A DNA stretch of 63,965 nucleotides, filler included, from Folioceros fuciformis (taxonomy: Eukaryota), in the NCBI GenBank assembly GCA_049999805.1. It is 22 parts of 22 records of this genome, joined end to end, with 100 filler letters (N's around TTAATTAATTAA, not from the genome) between each part and the next. Parts side by side here need not be neighbours in the genome. Positions count along the whole stretch, not along the records: positions 9,382 to 11,136 come from JBNGIO010000304.1; positions 11,237 to 15,783 come from JBNGIO010000305.1; positions 15,884 to 18,766 come from JBNGIO010000306.1; positions 18,867 to 20,565 come from JBNGIO010000307.1; positions 20,666 to 24,661 come from JBNGIO010000308.1; 17 more parts are not named here. The stretch is one strand, 5' to 3'. The position numbers and the translations under genes were made by a program. The first letter of the stretch is position 1. Each line of letters opens with the position of its first letter. Below the pieces are notes generated by a model that saw only the letters and a program-made list of their open reading frames with translations, was not told the origin of the DNA and did no database searches. Below are positions 10,453 through 23,900 of the stretch, in pieces.

Positions 10453-12636
10453 TTTCAGTTTTGTTTGGTCTTGGTTTGGTAGGTTAGATGAGTGGCGATA
10501 ATAAGGGGTAGTATTATAAAGAAGTTACCTTCTTTGGGATGGCTACCTATAAGGAAGTATGCCCACATAGGTAGGATATCTCTGTGGGAGGTAGTACCCA
10601 AATAAGAAATATAGTTGTGAAGGGCAAGCTACCTACATAAAAGGGGACACCTATGTAGGGTATCTATTAAGGGCAGTTCCTACATATAGAAATATACCTA
10701 CGACAAGAGGGTATTTAAAGGGGTCCTATCAACGAAGGGTGCTCACCTCCGCGTAGGGAACTAAATCTACCTACATAGCAGGGAATAAGGAAGTAGTTGT
10801 GCGACAAGACACCTACGCCGGGGACCTACTTGTTGTGACCAAGCACACTCAAAGAGAGAGAAAGGGCTTTGTTGTGGTGGGAGCCATAGGGAGAAACGTG
10901 CAAGGGATGTGAAATCAGCTGCACAGAAGCTGGGAGCAGTTGCCTACGGAGGAAGGGGTATAACCTTGCGTAAAGGAGGGCAATCGACATTCTTGGGGTT
11001 TTCTTCTATCAACTATGGCGCGGACCTCCAACAATACTCAGGTGGGTTCCGGTAGTAGGGGACGACCCACGAGGGCAGCCAGCTCTCCCCAAACCAATGT
11101 TCCGTCCTTTTCTTGCTTTGGGGGCCAACTGAACTCNNNNNNNNNNNNNNNNNNNNNNNNNNNNNNNNNNNNNNNNNNNNTTAATTAATTAANNNNNNNN
11201 NNNNNNNNNNNNNNNNNNNNNNNNNNNNNNNNNNNNGGCTAACCCTTTGCAGGAACCGCACCAAGATATATGGCTGGCATCTATGCATGATGAGCTCGCT
11301 AGTTCTTCTTGCGATACGCGGAAAGTGGCAGTGGGGCTTCGTGGTGGCCGCAAGGGTTAGGAATGTTATGCTTGGTAGGCCGTGGTGGGACATTTCACTG
11401 GCGGAAAAGGCCCGTCATTGGGAAATGGACTGGAATTTGGAGAGGCTGCTGGTTGGTCGCTGTGTTGGTGGTGGTGATACTGCTGCTGCTGCTGCCGCAG
11501 CAGCTCAACGGGGGTTTTCTACTTTAGCTTTTAAACGCCAAGCGGGGGCTGGGGTTTTTGAAAGTGTGTGAACACACCGCAATTTGTGTGGCCAGTTGTT
11601 AGAGGGTTGTCCGCCTGGATCGAGTGTAGTCATTCAAGTCCTCTTCCATGCAACACACCCTTCTTCTACTTTTGCTTTTGCCAGCCTCAAGTCTTCTGGG
11701 GCGTCGCGTTTAAGGGCTAACTTGCAACGTACGAGGAAGGTTTAAGACAAATCATCTCATCAGCTTGTTATTGCACAGTGGAGAGGTTGCAAAAGGTTTA
11801 TGGGAAAGCTGCGGAGCTTCTCTGTGTTAGGGGGTAGAAATATGCAGGATCACTTCGTGCTGCTTTGCACAAGTCCTGGATATGCAACACGATTTTAGGC
11901 TCATGTTGAGGATTTTTTGGTCACTTGAAAAACCTGGGATAGGAATGGAATGGATGGGGGCTTGTGCTTGGCTTTGACAGTTCATGTAGGAGGAAGGGAA
12001 CTGGCTGTTGCAAGATGTCTGTGGACATTCATGACAATCTTCCTCATTCCAAGGAAAATGGTTAAATCCTAAGTTCATGGCCGACCAATAGGATCCTGGT
12101 CACACTAGGGGGTGTGAGAAGGCACACTTGGGGGTAAATTTTGCAATTGCTTTAAAAGTAAAACAAAGGAAATGGGGTGAAGAACTGGTGACACAGGATA
12201 GCTTTGTGGCCTGCAACGAGCTGAGTGGTTTATGTCATGACAGTGCTCAGGTGGGTTAGTCTTGTTATCTCTTCTTTCATTCTCAGGGACATACGTTCAC
12301 ATATTTAGGTGGTGTGAACATCAGTGTGTGTTCCAAGTGTCTTGTGTTACACATAACGTCCAGGGTTCATTTGTTACAGGGTGGTCGGTTGGACTCTGCG
12401 AGTCGTCCTGAATAGTTTCTCTTTCGGTGTAGTGTGTGACTCACTTGCTTCCTCTCTCTCCATGGACCTTTCAATGGGTGACGACATTATTTTACTCCGA
12501 GATTGCTCAAGGTTCCATTATGTCACTGTATTTGGTAGTGTCCGTAGCACACTGGTGGTGGGATACTTTGCTAAGCTATGGAACATCCAATTTTCTGAAC
12601 TGTTCTAAGCCCAGCGTGTTTCCCTGATGGTTTCAG

Positions 12637-14228
12637 GTGTGAACGGTCCCACTGCAGCTGATACCCTATTCATCTCAAATCTTCCGGAGGTTGCAGATGA
12701 GGAGAGTTTGGTGGCCTTGTTGAACGATACGGGGGCCATCAAGGTGAGTTGGTGGTAATGTTGCAGGCTATGCGAGTTTTAATTTCTGTTCTCTCAACTT
12801 TCACCGTTATCCTTCTTTTCTGGGTCAGGTTGAAGGCCAGACCTACCTATCCTTGAGCTGGGGCCATTGGCTGTCGTAGTACCAACTGCTCCTTCTTTGC
12901 AGGTGAACAGTAAAACGGGTGCACCAATGGTGAGACTTTACAGGGACAAAGTAACTGGTGTAAGGGAAGCCGAAGTGGTACTTGATGACCCCCGAGCTGC
13001 ACCAGGCTTAGTGAATTGGTACAATGGTATGTCCATGCCAAGTCGTCTGCTCTACAGGCTACTTGTCTTGAATGCTGTAAGGGTAGTTCGGCATATGCTG
13101 GCCCAAGCCTATGTCATCAAATTTTTCTACGTGTCCTTGCAGGCTATGATTTCAAAGGGAGCAAGATTCAGGTTTCGATTGGGCACCCAGCCCCTGGCTC
13201 AAGCCATGACCGGAGGGGAGCTTCATATGTTAATAACAACGACCATGATGGTCCACCCCATTTAAGAACTGGTGGTGGTGGTGGTGCGTACAGGGGAAGA
13301 GGGCGAGGGAGACATAATGACCGCTTTCCTCACCCTTCGCAATCCATGTCTGGTATGGGAAGAGGGTTCATGCCGTTTCCTCGGGATGTGGACGAGGGGT
13401 TTGGTGGGCCAGGTGACGTTCCTCATGGCGGCGAAACGTTTGGAAGGAACAACCCAAATGTTACCCCTAGGGAGGGTGATTGGATCTGTCCTGAGCCAAC
13501 GTGAGTGTGGATGTATCAGACATTCAGTTTTTATCTCTTGCCGGAGTTACACGAAGCTGATGATTGTTTCTTGCCAATGTATCAGGTGTGGTAATCTCAA
13601 TTTTGCTAGGCGTACACACTGTAACAACTGTAACAAGTCTCGCCGAGATTTGGCCACTGTTGGCATCGCAGGAGTAGGCGCTGCTCCTGGCAATTTCCGT
13701 GGTCCCCCTCCTCATGTTCCTTTTATGGGAAATCCTATGGGGCGGGGTATGAGTCGGGTTATGAGTGGCTTTGGAGGACCGCCCCCTGTTTGGGCTCAAG
13801 GTCCTCCGCGACATGTGGATGCCGGACCTATCGGCCGCATGTCTGACAGGATCTCTGATTTCCGTGGTGGACGCCATTCAAGAGACAGAGATGATATGCG
13901 AGACCGGGATGACTTCCGAGATCGGGATGATAGATTCGACAGGCCTGGCTTCGACAAAGGGGTGTTTGGAGGCAGTCCAGTGGACAGAGACAGAGACCGG
14001 GACAGGTTCCGGGACCGAAGAGTCGGAGACTATGAGCCGAGAGGTGATCGGCGTCCGTCATCCCCTCGAGGCAGATGGGGGAGAGAGGTGCGGGATAGAT
14101 CAAGGTCACCACCTCCTAGAAGCGAGTCCAGGGGGGATTACCATTACAAGGCTGAATTAATGTACATGGACAGGCGGAGGGATGACAGACGGGATGACAG
14201 ACGAGATAGAAAGGATGACCATCACTAG
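12637..14228 (+). CDS. RNA-binding protein: TAF15/FET-type RRM, RGG, RanBP2 zinc finger and RD/RS-rich tail (start exon not located)
   Basis: Exons 12637-12743, 12903-13026, 13143-13500 and 13586-14228 are joined by GT-AG introns with consistent phases. Motifs: LFISNLP...KTGAPMVRLYRDK...[37 protein letters not shown]. Confidence 0.9.
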
Positions 14229-14900
14229 GCAGACTCCAGTGTCGACGTGAATCTTAAGGCAGTACTCTGCAGGAGATTTGGCGTCTTCCATGATTAAATT
14301 AACTTGCAGGTTATGGCTTCGCTCCAATTCTTCCTCACGGTATACGTGACGTCAGCAGCTGAGCCATGGGTGAGAGAAGCAAGCATCTCCCTTCAACAGC
14401 TCTGTGAGGCATCTCTCTGCCCTCAACAGCCTTGGGCCCAGAGCGTTAATGCGCAAATGGACTGTTGAATGACACCGCGATGTTGAATGTGTTTGTGAAA
14501 TCAGATACCCCTCTTGGTGACGCTTGTTAAGCGATACTTGCTAGCTCAAACTCCGAATGTAAGGGTACACTGAGTTTCTAAACTCTAGAATATGTTACTT
14601 AATTTTTCATGAAATAAATGATTTTCTCACTAGTAACTGAATTGTAGTTTTTTAATTGCCACAGCGTAGATATCTTCATTAGTCATGAGGAGATAATAAT
14701 AGGGTAGTGACTTTGTGTGCACTTCCAACGACCTAGGAGGAATTATAGGTTTGGCTGTCATAGGATTACACTTTTAGTTATCATAGGATAATTGTTGTTG
14801 TCATGAGAAAAAAAATAAAATAAGAGGTATGTTGTCTTGCTTCAGCCTTCATTGGAGAAGAATAGGAAAAGAATTGCCTTGCCTTTATGGAAAAAGAACA

Positions 14901-15130
14901 ATAGTTGTTGGTGTCTTGCTAATGCCTTCAAAGAAGAATGAGAAGGATAGTTGTTGGTGTCTTGCTAATGCCTTCAAAGAAGAAAGAGAAGGATAGTTGT
15001 TGGTGTCTTGCTAATGCCTTCAAAGAAGAAAGAGAAGGATAGTTGTTGGTGTCTTGCTAATGCCTTCAAAGAAGAATGAGAAGGATAGTTGTTGGTGTCT
15101 TGCTAATGCCTTCAAAGAAGAAAGAGAAGG
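14901..15130. repeat. Tandem repeat, 46 bp x5, inside a degenerate array (~14800-15780)
   Basis: Unit ATAGTTGTTGGTGTCTTGCTAATGCCTTCAAAGAAGAAwGAGAAGG at 14901, 14947, 14993, 15039 and 15085. Confidence 0.95.
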
Positions 15131-15883
15131 ATAGAAGAGCGTCTTGATATGCCTTCATTAGAGAAGATTGAGAATGATAGAAGAGGGTCTTGCTATGCCT
15201 TCATTATATGCCTTCATTGGAGAAGATTGAAGATTTAGAATGATAGAAGAATGTCTTGCTAATGTCCTCATTGGAGGAGAATGATAGAGAACAATAGTTG
15301 TTGTCTTGATTGGAGAAGAACAAAAGTCATTGTTGTTGCCATTGTCTTCATTGGAGAAGAAGGAAAGTTATTGCTGTTGCTATTGTCTTGATTGGAGAAG
15401 AATAATAGTTAATATTGCTATTGTTATTATAGGAGAAGATAGTTGTCATTCTCGTCAATAGAGAAGAACGACAAATTACTACTTATATCATAGGAGGAGA
15501 AGAGAAGATAAATTGCTACTATCATCATTAAAGGAGAAGAGAAGATTAACAGATGCCACTATTGCTACTATCATGAGCCCGATTGATGCTATTATTGTTA
15601 TTGTCATTATAGGAGGAGAAGTAAAGAACAATAGAGGAAAAGAAAAAAAAACCGTAGATGAGATGGATGTCGTAGGAGAAGAAGAAAATGAACATTAAAG
15701 AAGAAAAAAACTGTAGATGAGAAGGATGTTGTAGAAGAAGATGAGAAGGATGTTAGATGCTACTGCCGAAGAGAAGAATAAGANNNNNNNNNNNNNNNNN
15801 NNNNNNNNNNNNNNNNNNNNNNNNNNNTTAATTAATTAANNNNNNNNNNNNNNNNNNNNNNNNNNNNNNNNNNNNNNNNNNNN

Positions 15884-17585
15884 AAACCAATACTCGATAC
15901 TGCAGAATGCTCCCCACTCTTCAAGTCCATTTGGAGCAGTTACTTGGAGGTTAAACGATATATTATTCTGAGTGACTTTTCTTGTGCGGATGATGTTCTT
16001 GGTATTCCTTTGCAGGGGTTCTCGGGGTTGTGGGTGCAGGAGTTCAGGTCAAGGGTATATCGGTCACAAATTTTTGGGTTGGCTTGTTTGAGAGGCGTTA
16101 TCCAACTTAGTCATCTATGGAATAGATCAGAGGCTCGGTGGAAGGAGATAGAGGAGGTCAAAGGGGAGTTTGGTTTAGGGGCCTGGCACGCTAAACTCAT
16201 TTTCTCGTGGTTGCACAAGGGACTGGAGGAAAAGGTGCAACAGTTCTTAAGGCAACATCCAACCATAGGAGGGGAAGGGTGGTATGCATACTCCATGGAT
16301 AGTAGGGGAGCCGACTCGGAGAAGGAAGATGATTAGGTGGAAGCCGTAGAACTAGACAGGGCGGTCTGACTTGCGAGATCGGATGGCATGAGATGCTGAA
16401 GTCGTTCAAGGTCATGTCTCCGGATGGACTTTTGGAAGACCAGGGCAGGGATGACGGGGTAGCCCGAGGAGGGGAATTGCGGGCTATCATTGTCCTCGTT
16501 AAGTCCGTTCGAGCAGGGCGATGGTGCAGCCCAAGCGAACGCCCAATTGGGCCACAAACCTTCGACAAAGCAAAGGTTCAGTGCTGGTTCCGACTAAGCG
16601 AGAATTGGGCCCTGTCCATTAGACCATATGTCTACAAGTGGCCCAGGCATCTAGGGTGCAAGAAGGCTACCCCTCGATCTTTCTTCAACTTCCCAACAAC
16701 AGATTTGTTCCTTTGGTTGGTGCGAGCGCAGAAAATCAAACAAAGACAACCGATGGCTCCCTCATTGCAATTAGCTAGATGATGACAAAGAGAAGCCATC
16801 AAACTTCTATGGAAGTCCGCAGGAATCGCTCCCAAGGCCAGGTCTACGGTTTGGTGTTTTTTTCAAGCGTGTTTGCCTAATGCGGATCGGTGGGATAGAC
16901 TTTTAGCTACAAAGGGGGAGGATGTGTGTCGACTGTGCACCGTTGGGGCCCCGAACAAGAGCCAACACATGTTCTATCATTGTAGCTTTGCCCAAGAGAT
17001 CTAGAGGGAGGTTGGCAGGTGGCTTGGTTTGATTTTTCCTGGTGCTAACATCAGGATCACGTCACAATCAGCCTTATTTGGGCTGGACGCAACCTCGGGC
17101 AAACCTCTCCTTAAAACACAATGGTGGGGTTTACTATGGTCTTCTTGCCTTTTCCATCTTTGGGTCAACTGGTCCGTGGTGATCTATGGAGGACAAGATT
17201 CAACTTCATCGAAAGCCTTGTTGTGGTGCATATGGGAGCATTCGTTGATTGCAGCAGAAGCTTTGGAGCAATCCCGTCGGAAGCGGTTTAAGCGGAAAGA
17301 TTGGAGGATGGTGGGATTCCTAGCGCCTGGGAAAGATACGCGTTGGAATCATTCATGCCCCTGGGGACGATGAGCCTTAAAGTCTGTGGGAAACCTTGAG
17401 GTGTGAGTATAAGCGGCTTCGACAATTCGAAGGTATCATAGTGTAGGGGAGTGCTCTCTGAGCGCCTTGTCTTGAGTTTTGGACTCAAGGTCAGTTCTCC
17501 CCCTCTCTTTTGGTATGTAGGATTTTCCTTTGTATTGTAGTGGGAGGCACCTGCCAATTTAATCATTTTTTTTTGCAAAAAAAAA
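15884..17585 (+). mobile_element. L1-like LINE 3' end (ORF2 C-terminus with zf-RVT, poly-A)
   Basis: LWKSAGIAPKARSTVW...CRLC......QHMFYHC (~16925-16983); A9 tail at 17577-17585; stops and frameshifts. Confidence 0.8.
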
Positions 17586-17714
17586 TGCTCTTTGCAAAGC
17601 AATGGATATGTGTCATCAAAAGAAGGCCACCACAAAGGAAAGGGGGAGAACATGATTCCTATGACTTTGATAAACCTTGGTGCACTCTTTGATAAACTTT
17701 GAAAAGTCTTTGTC

Positions 17715-18766
17715 TGTTACGATTGCCAGGAGCAAGAATGCCCGTGACGATCACCAGCATGGGAGACGAAGCCATAGATAGGCAGGAGCCCAACTAGGTA
17801 TATAATACCAAAGGGGTACCCACAAAAGCTCGACTGTGAAAGTGTGAAACCGAGCAAAGCGGATAAAATCATGCTAGAATAAAATATACATATATTACAA
17901 TATAGGCTAGGTAAAGTAAACTTGATTAGGTTAGAAATTCCGTTCACCCTAGGAGGACGTTAGAGTTAGTTACTCGGGCCTTCTTGGCCTGAGCCAAAAC
18001 TGCCCTTCTTATACCCCAGGCACTAAGCCAAAGGCAGCCTATTGCACACGGCTTACTCACGTTTCTGAGGACAAGTCCTGGAATTTCTGCTGGGCTTAAG
18101 CCACGGATCGGGAACGTGACACTTGGTATCAGAGCCGACCGAATTCTACTATCAATCAGATCAAGGATCAGGATGGGCAGATCAGCCAGGAAGCTTCAAC
18201 CCAGGCAAGCCGCGATCCCAGCGACCTCAAGAATGCACAAAATCAGGGACAAGAGATCAAGGAACAAGAATTAGCAGCACACCACCCGAGAGCCTACCTT
18301 CCAAATCGTCCAATGCCAGTAATCCTGCTGACCAGAGAGACAATTCCGAGACCTGCTGGAGAGGATCTGTCGGGAGGGGCAACCTCAACTTGTCCCTGCA
18401 GCCCGGCGGAAACCATGAGCGACTACCTGCCGAGGGCATCTCGGACCGTCCTGCGGGCGATGTCCAACGAAAGTGATGGGAAGGCTCACCTAGAGGGTTG
18501 GCAGGACGCCTACGATCGAGAGTGCGGCCGTAGGAGGAGCACCCTCTACACGCCCCCATGCGGGAGGATGAACCTGCAAGGAACGACGCGAGTCAGCGGG
18601 GACGACGCCGCGGAATGACTGGTGACACACATCTACTGGAACCCCGTTCAGATACCCACCTAGCCACGGAGGACGAAGGGCTAGAGGCAGGAGTAAGCAC
18701 GGGCGCTGCAGATTACGGAAGCGAACCCGTGGCGAGGAGACAGGGTTGCCCACGGAAGCGGGGCGC
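17715..18766 (+). mobile_element. LTR retrotransposon 5' end: LTR 17715-18121, PBS-Met 18124-18136, 5' internal region
   Basis: TGTTAC...GTGACA termini followed by TGGTATCAGAGCC. Confidence 0.85.
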
Positions 18767-18866
18767 NNNNNNNNNNNNNNNNNNNNNNNNNNNNNNNNNN
18801 NNNNNNNNNNTTAATTAATTAANNNNNNNNNNNNNNNNNNNNNNNNNNNNNNNNNNNNNNNNNNNN

Positions 18867-19032
18867 GTGAACCCATCGCCCTTCTTGCACGCTCAGCAGG
18901 TGAACCCATCGCCCTTCTTGCACGCTCAGCAGGTGAACCCATCGCCCTTCTTGCACGCTCAGCAGGTGAACCCATCGCCATTCTTCCACGCTCAGCGGGC
19001 AAACCCATTGTCATTTTTCCACGCTCAGCGGG
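18867..19032. repeat. Tandem repeat, 33 bp x~5
   Basis: Unit GTGAACCCATCGCCCTTCTTGCACGCTCAGCAG, diverging towards the right. Confidence 0.92.
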
Positions 19033-19238
19033 CGTGTACGGGTATTGGTCCACACTTGCTCAACGGAGGACAAGTATTGGTCTGCACTTGCTCAATGGAG
19101 GAACAATGAAACCCTTAAGGAGATCATGTAAGGGAAGTATTGATGTGTTGTGTGCGATGGATGAGAGGGAAAAAAAAAAAACTTGTCTGTCGGTGATGGT
19201 CCATCGGGATGCGTGGATTGGGACGCCCCGAAAGCCAT

Positions 19239-20009
19239 TGTGGTGGCAAAACTCTGGTCACTGATTGCCAACAAGGTCAACCTTTAGGGGCCACGCTTAT
19301 CCCATTGTCGTTGAGACATTGGGTTTCCTTCCCACGAAGGAGAGATGAGGTTCCTCGCTGCTATGGATAGAGGGTTAGACTCAGTCGACTCGATGACATA
19401 TTCGAGGGCTCTCGTCCAGCTCCGATCAGGCGTGGGACAATCCTCACTGTCCAGCAACCAACTACACCTCTCTCGGTGCCCACAAATGCACTCCAGTTAC
19501 TACAACGACACTAACCTCTCAGATCTGCGACTTTCCTCACTCACTCCAGCACCAGCAACCAGGCAACAACACCACTACCATCTACACTTCCCTATTGACT
19601 TCCCCACTTGGCAAGAGTCACTAGAGTAACCTCAAAGAAGAGCATGCCACCACCCACGATCCTACCAGACACCATGTAAGCATGGTTGGCACTCACTCCA
19701 GCCCTACAAGGAAACGAGAATGATAGATCATGGGGACACGACATGGAGAGCACGATCAAGAATTAAAGGGACCCCACCCTTAATCCTGGCCACCACTTCT
19801 CAAAGCTTTACCAAACGCTGCACGTATGCATAGCCAACACACACTGTTGTATCCAAGCAGGGACAGCCTGAGAGAGATTGCAAAGTAACAAGCTACCTCC
19901 TACAAGCTCACTCGATCTTATAGGATCCTCTCTCTCTCTTACCTCACATCTCTCTAGCTTGATTATTATTATTTTAATAAGACCACTAGCCTACCCGACT
20001 GTCACCACC
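19239..20009 (+). mobile_element. LTR family B (diverged copy)
   Basis: Starts TGTGGTGGCAAAAC..CACTGATTGCCAAC, homologous to 58560 and 31161; probable end CACCACC followed by TGG. Confidence 0.7.
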
Positions 20010-20665
20010 TGGTGACACTTATTTCTTTCCTAGCACATCCTACCGCCAATATTGATGAGCTGGCCCTACAACCTGCTGACCCTACCACCACAAGTATCCA
20101 CCACCTATTAAACTATTCTAAGACCTTGCAGGATGCCTCATCTTCAAAGATCTTGAAGACACCGTCTCTTTCCTCCTACATGGCTGCCCACAAAGCCTTC
20201 CCTTGCAATTGTTCCCCTTGGTGGCTGAGCCTGCCTCCATGGGAGGAGTATGAGCAGAGGGAGAAGATAGGGAAGAGGTGAGAAGAAGTGGGATCAGCAG
20301 CCGGAACCGAGCCTCAAATTGGCAGCTTATTCAGTAGAATCAGTTTCCAGCTGAAACAGTTCCTCGGACATTGAAAACTGATCTTGTCAAACTGACACTT
20401 CAAACTGTCAACCAAGTGAGGTAAGCAAGGTTCATACTTTGTAGAATTATCTCCCAGGAAATAGCAAAGAAAAGGGAAAAAAATAAAGAAAATAGAAAAA
20501 AGGGCAGGGAGACAGGACGGGCAGCTCTCCGAGCAGCGAGCAGTCCGGGCAGACATGGGCACGACNNNNNNNNNNNNNNNNNNNNNNNNNNNNNNNNNNN
20601 NNNNNNNNNTTAATTAATTAANNNNNNNNNNNNNNNNNNNNNNNNNNNNNNNNNNNNNNNNNNNN

Positions 20666-21118
20666 TGGGGATGGGACCAGCCACAGCTCTACCCTAGCTA
20701 GGGTGAAGCTCTCATGGCCGTTTAGTCCATTATGCAACCTGTTAGCCAGCCAGACCACCCTGACATCTCCCATATTCCCACTCCTAGGTTCGAATATTTA
20801 TTTAATTATTTAATTATTTAAAATTATTTAATTAATATTAAACCAATCACCAAGCCTAAATTCAAACCTTCCCAACCCTATGGTCCGGTACCATACCTAA
20901 AACTTTTCAGGTATGGGACTAAACCTATACCCACTCTAATAACCAAACCAATTACTTACTGGTCAATTAACCTAATTAGCACAAGGAAACATAAAAAAAA
21001 AATGAGCATAAAATAAAGAAAATTAGGGAAAATAAGTAGAAAAAGAAAACCAGACCATACCACTATTAACCCTTTTTTAACCAAAACAAGGCACTACCCC
21101 AAACTTTGGAGGTTCACA
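20666..21118 (-). mobile_element. Gypsy LTR family A, 5' end
   Basis: TGTGAACCTCCAAAGTTTGGGGTAGT terminus at 21118. Confidence 0.9.
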
Positions 21119-21393
21119 CTAATCCTAATATTACGCCAAACCTATGGTCAAAGCCAAGTTTCCTTACGCTTGGTACTGAGCCTATGCTCATCCTAGTGAC
21201 AACACTACCCTCCATCTTCTGGTCAGTCAGGCATTGGCTGTCACCTGGTTAGGTAGCCTAACTAATAGTAACAATGGGAAAAATCAGAAGGAAAATAAAA
21301 CTAAAAATAAAGGGAAAAACAGAAGCCTTACTTAGCTGCATCTGACCCTTCTTTACCAAACTAAACCTTTGCCCCAAAATTTAGTGTTTCACA
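21119..21393 (-). mobile_element. LTR of a family related to A, interrupted by A
   Basis: TGTGAAACACTAAATTTTGGGGCAAAGGTTTAGTTTGG aligns with the family A terminus. Confidence 0.7.
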
Positions 21394-23900
21394 CTTGTGT
21401 ACATATTGTTACAAACAACCTCGAAAACTAGTAAATAAAATGGTGTATATTTTATTGAAAGAAGAGATGGGAGACCTCATCTACCCCCAGAGCCAAGAGG
21501 AACAACCTGAAGAAGGCCAAAGGAGGATGAGCCCCTCGAATATCTCTTCCATAACTAACTATTGCTTCCAAGATGTCGTGATTGCAAATGACAAAAGGCC
21601 TACTTGCCATTAGTGCTAATGAAGCCACCAAACCCAACGTTTTGTTGTCTTATAAATCACATTAGCTGGCACTCATTATAGAGGAATGAAGATGTATCGT
21701 CAACAAAAGCCCACCATTGAGGAGAGGGGGAGAATTCCATTCCTATGGCCATGATGCACTATAGGACACTCCTTGATAACCCTTGAAAAGTCCCTACCTA
21801 TGGCCCCATGGATCCTAAGACCATTAAATAGAGCGTGATATAGCATGGTCTTGTCTTATGGTGTGAGGAGGTTGCAGCCTCATAAGACTGGGAATGCAAA
21901 GATCTACTGTGAATGCATAGCACCTCAAAACCCCGAGGTGCCTTGCTAAGTGGCCACACCCACTATTGTTGTAGGTTTCCATGATCTGTCCCCATGAGTG
22001 AGTTGTTGCCCTCGATGGCAGAAATGTAACAGTACCACCAGTTAGAAATCAAAAGAGATGAGCTGATGTGACAATTTCCTCAAGATGGAGGATTGAGGCT
22101 TTCAAAAATCAGCACAAGAAGGGCTCCATAGCCAGGTGCAGAAACACCACACCAAGCTCTTTCTCATTACCAAAAATCCACAAAGAGATGAGCAATCTCA
22201 GCTCATCTTATACTTCTAGCTTGCCATCTATTCTAGGCTACGTACCTCGACATCGATGGCTTAATTAAAGCAAACCAAAAAGCAATCTAGTAAGTATTCC
22301 GTCTAACTAGGAGGCAATTAGCGATTTCTATATCCATAGATTTAATTGTTACTCATAATTGAGCTATCCTCCTCCTCTATATGGTGCACAAACAAACCCT
22401 ATTCTCTCATTGTTGTCTCCTCCTAATCTTCTTGTTGTTGTCTCTTAGGGTTTTGCAAGGGTGAGGTGCTAATTTCTTCAAAGAAAGGGAGCTTCACTCC
22501 CTTGGATGCTACTACAAGAGGCATGGCTAGGTCTAAACCACTCTACAAAGGAAGATCCTCTGCCCCTTAAGCCTCCGAGATAATTAGACGCACTAGCTAG
22601 CTGTCTCCCTTCAAGTCCTCATTTTCTCCTTCCAAACACATAGGGCTACCATCGGCACATGTAGGCTTACTTTCTGTCTAAACAGCTTTGCCCTCTATTG
22701 CCTCTTAAGACCTATTCTCATCCTTTTCCCACCTCTTCGGTAGGTTCTCCTTTCTTCAATTGACCCCCTCCACTGTTCGTAGGTATATTCCCTCTTTCTC
22801 CGTAGGTGGTTTAGTAACATGACCTTCCCAAAACAGTAGGTCAACTAAGTTAGATAATGTCTCAATGGCTTCTCGTGCTCACTCTTCTTCCTCTTGCTCA
22901 AGTACCTCCTCCCGTTTAGAATCTTCACCATCCATGTTGTTGTCTTCTTTCCATTGTGACATGGGAGAGATGGCTTTCTTCAGCTCTGCTCGGTCATCAT
23001 CATGAGGCTCAATGGCCTTCCTTTGGGCAATCCTCAACAACTCCTGATTGGTCTTCAAAACTTTGCTGTGTAGCTGAACCCTTTCTTCCCCCGAAGTCAT
23101 CTCTAATTCTTCCAAATCCAAGGGGTCCCCTTGCCGCTTCTCCTCCTACCCTTGTCATTCTATCCAAGGTGGGTTGTCTTGGTAGCCTTGGCCATCATAT
23201 ATAGGCAGCTGCCAATTTCCCAAAACACCGAAGCCCAAGGTCTCCACCTCACACACACTGAGAAATCAGTCCTCTTGCGCTCCTTGGCCTTCGAAATCTT
23301 CACTGCATACATAAGGAGCTTGCCCCTCTAGCAACAAGACACCTCACCTTCAGCCAATCTCCCTTCTTCCTGTTCCCACAAGAGTCAAGGTAGGCAGCCA
23401 GTCGTCCAGCGCTAAAGAACAAATTTAAGGGGAGAGTCCGTTTGGTGATGGCACTCGCTGCAAAAGGTATTGTCCACACATGTGTACTTCTCGTTGCTTT
23501 CTCCCACTATGCATGCTCACAAGTGTCCCAAAATCTCCTTTGATTTCCTTAAGTTCGTGACGACCTTCCATTGTCTGACCTACCCACCACATAAGCTTAT
23601 TATCCACGGACACTTAATTGACATTAACTGACACCTAATGCTTATTATCCTCTTAGACCTTGGATTTTGTTCTAACTACTAACACATGGGACTGACAAAA
23701 CAGCACTGCAAGACATTCTCAAAAAGACACTCTTGATGGCCGTAGGTCAACCTATAAGAAACAAACCAAATGTCTTAACAGGTTCACTCCTCCATATACA
23801 AATAATAGAATAATTAGTGAAACTAGGTTAGACATCAACATTTCAAACCTACCACATGTGTAGGTATGACCGACTCGTAAGTTAACCACCTGATACCAAG
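21394..23900 (-). mobile_element. Degenerate retroelement internal region (possible PBS-Met, gag-like and accessory-ORF-like remnants)
   Basis: TGGTATCAG at 23898-23890; decayed CCHC-like segment near 23490-23450; 21685-21800 is similar to 17595-17712. Confidence 0.4.

Noticed and set aside
14901-15130. 46-bp repeats as CRISPR
   Set aside because: Contiguous tandem units without unique spacers, in a eukaryotic context with no cas genes.
18811-19109. Repetitive ORFs (MGSPAERARR / VNPSPFLHAQQ)
   Set aside because: By-product of a 33-bp tandem repeat whose length is a multiple of three.
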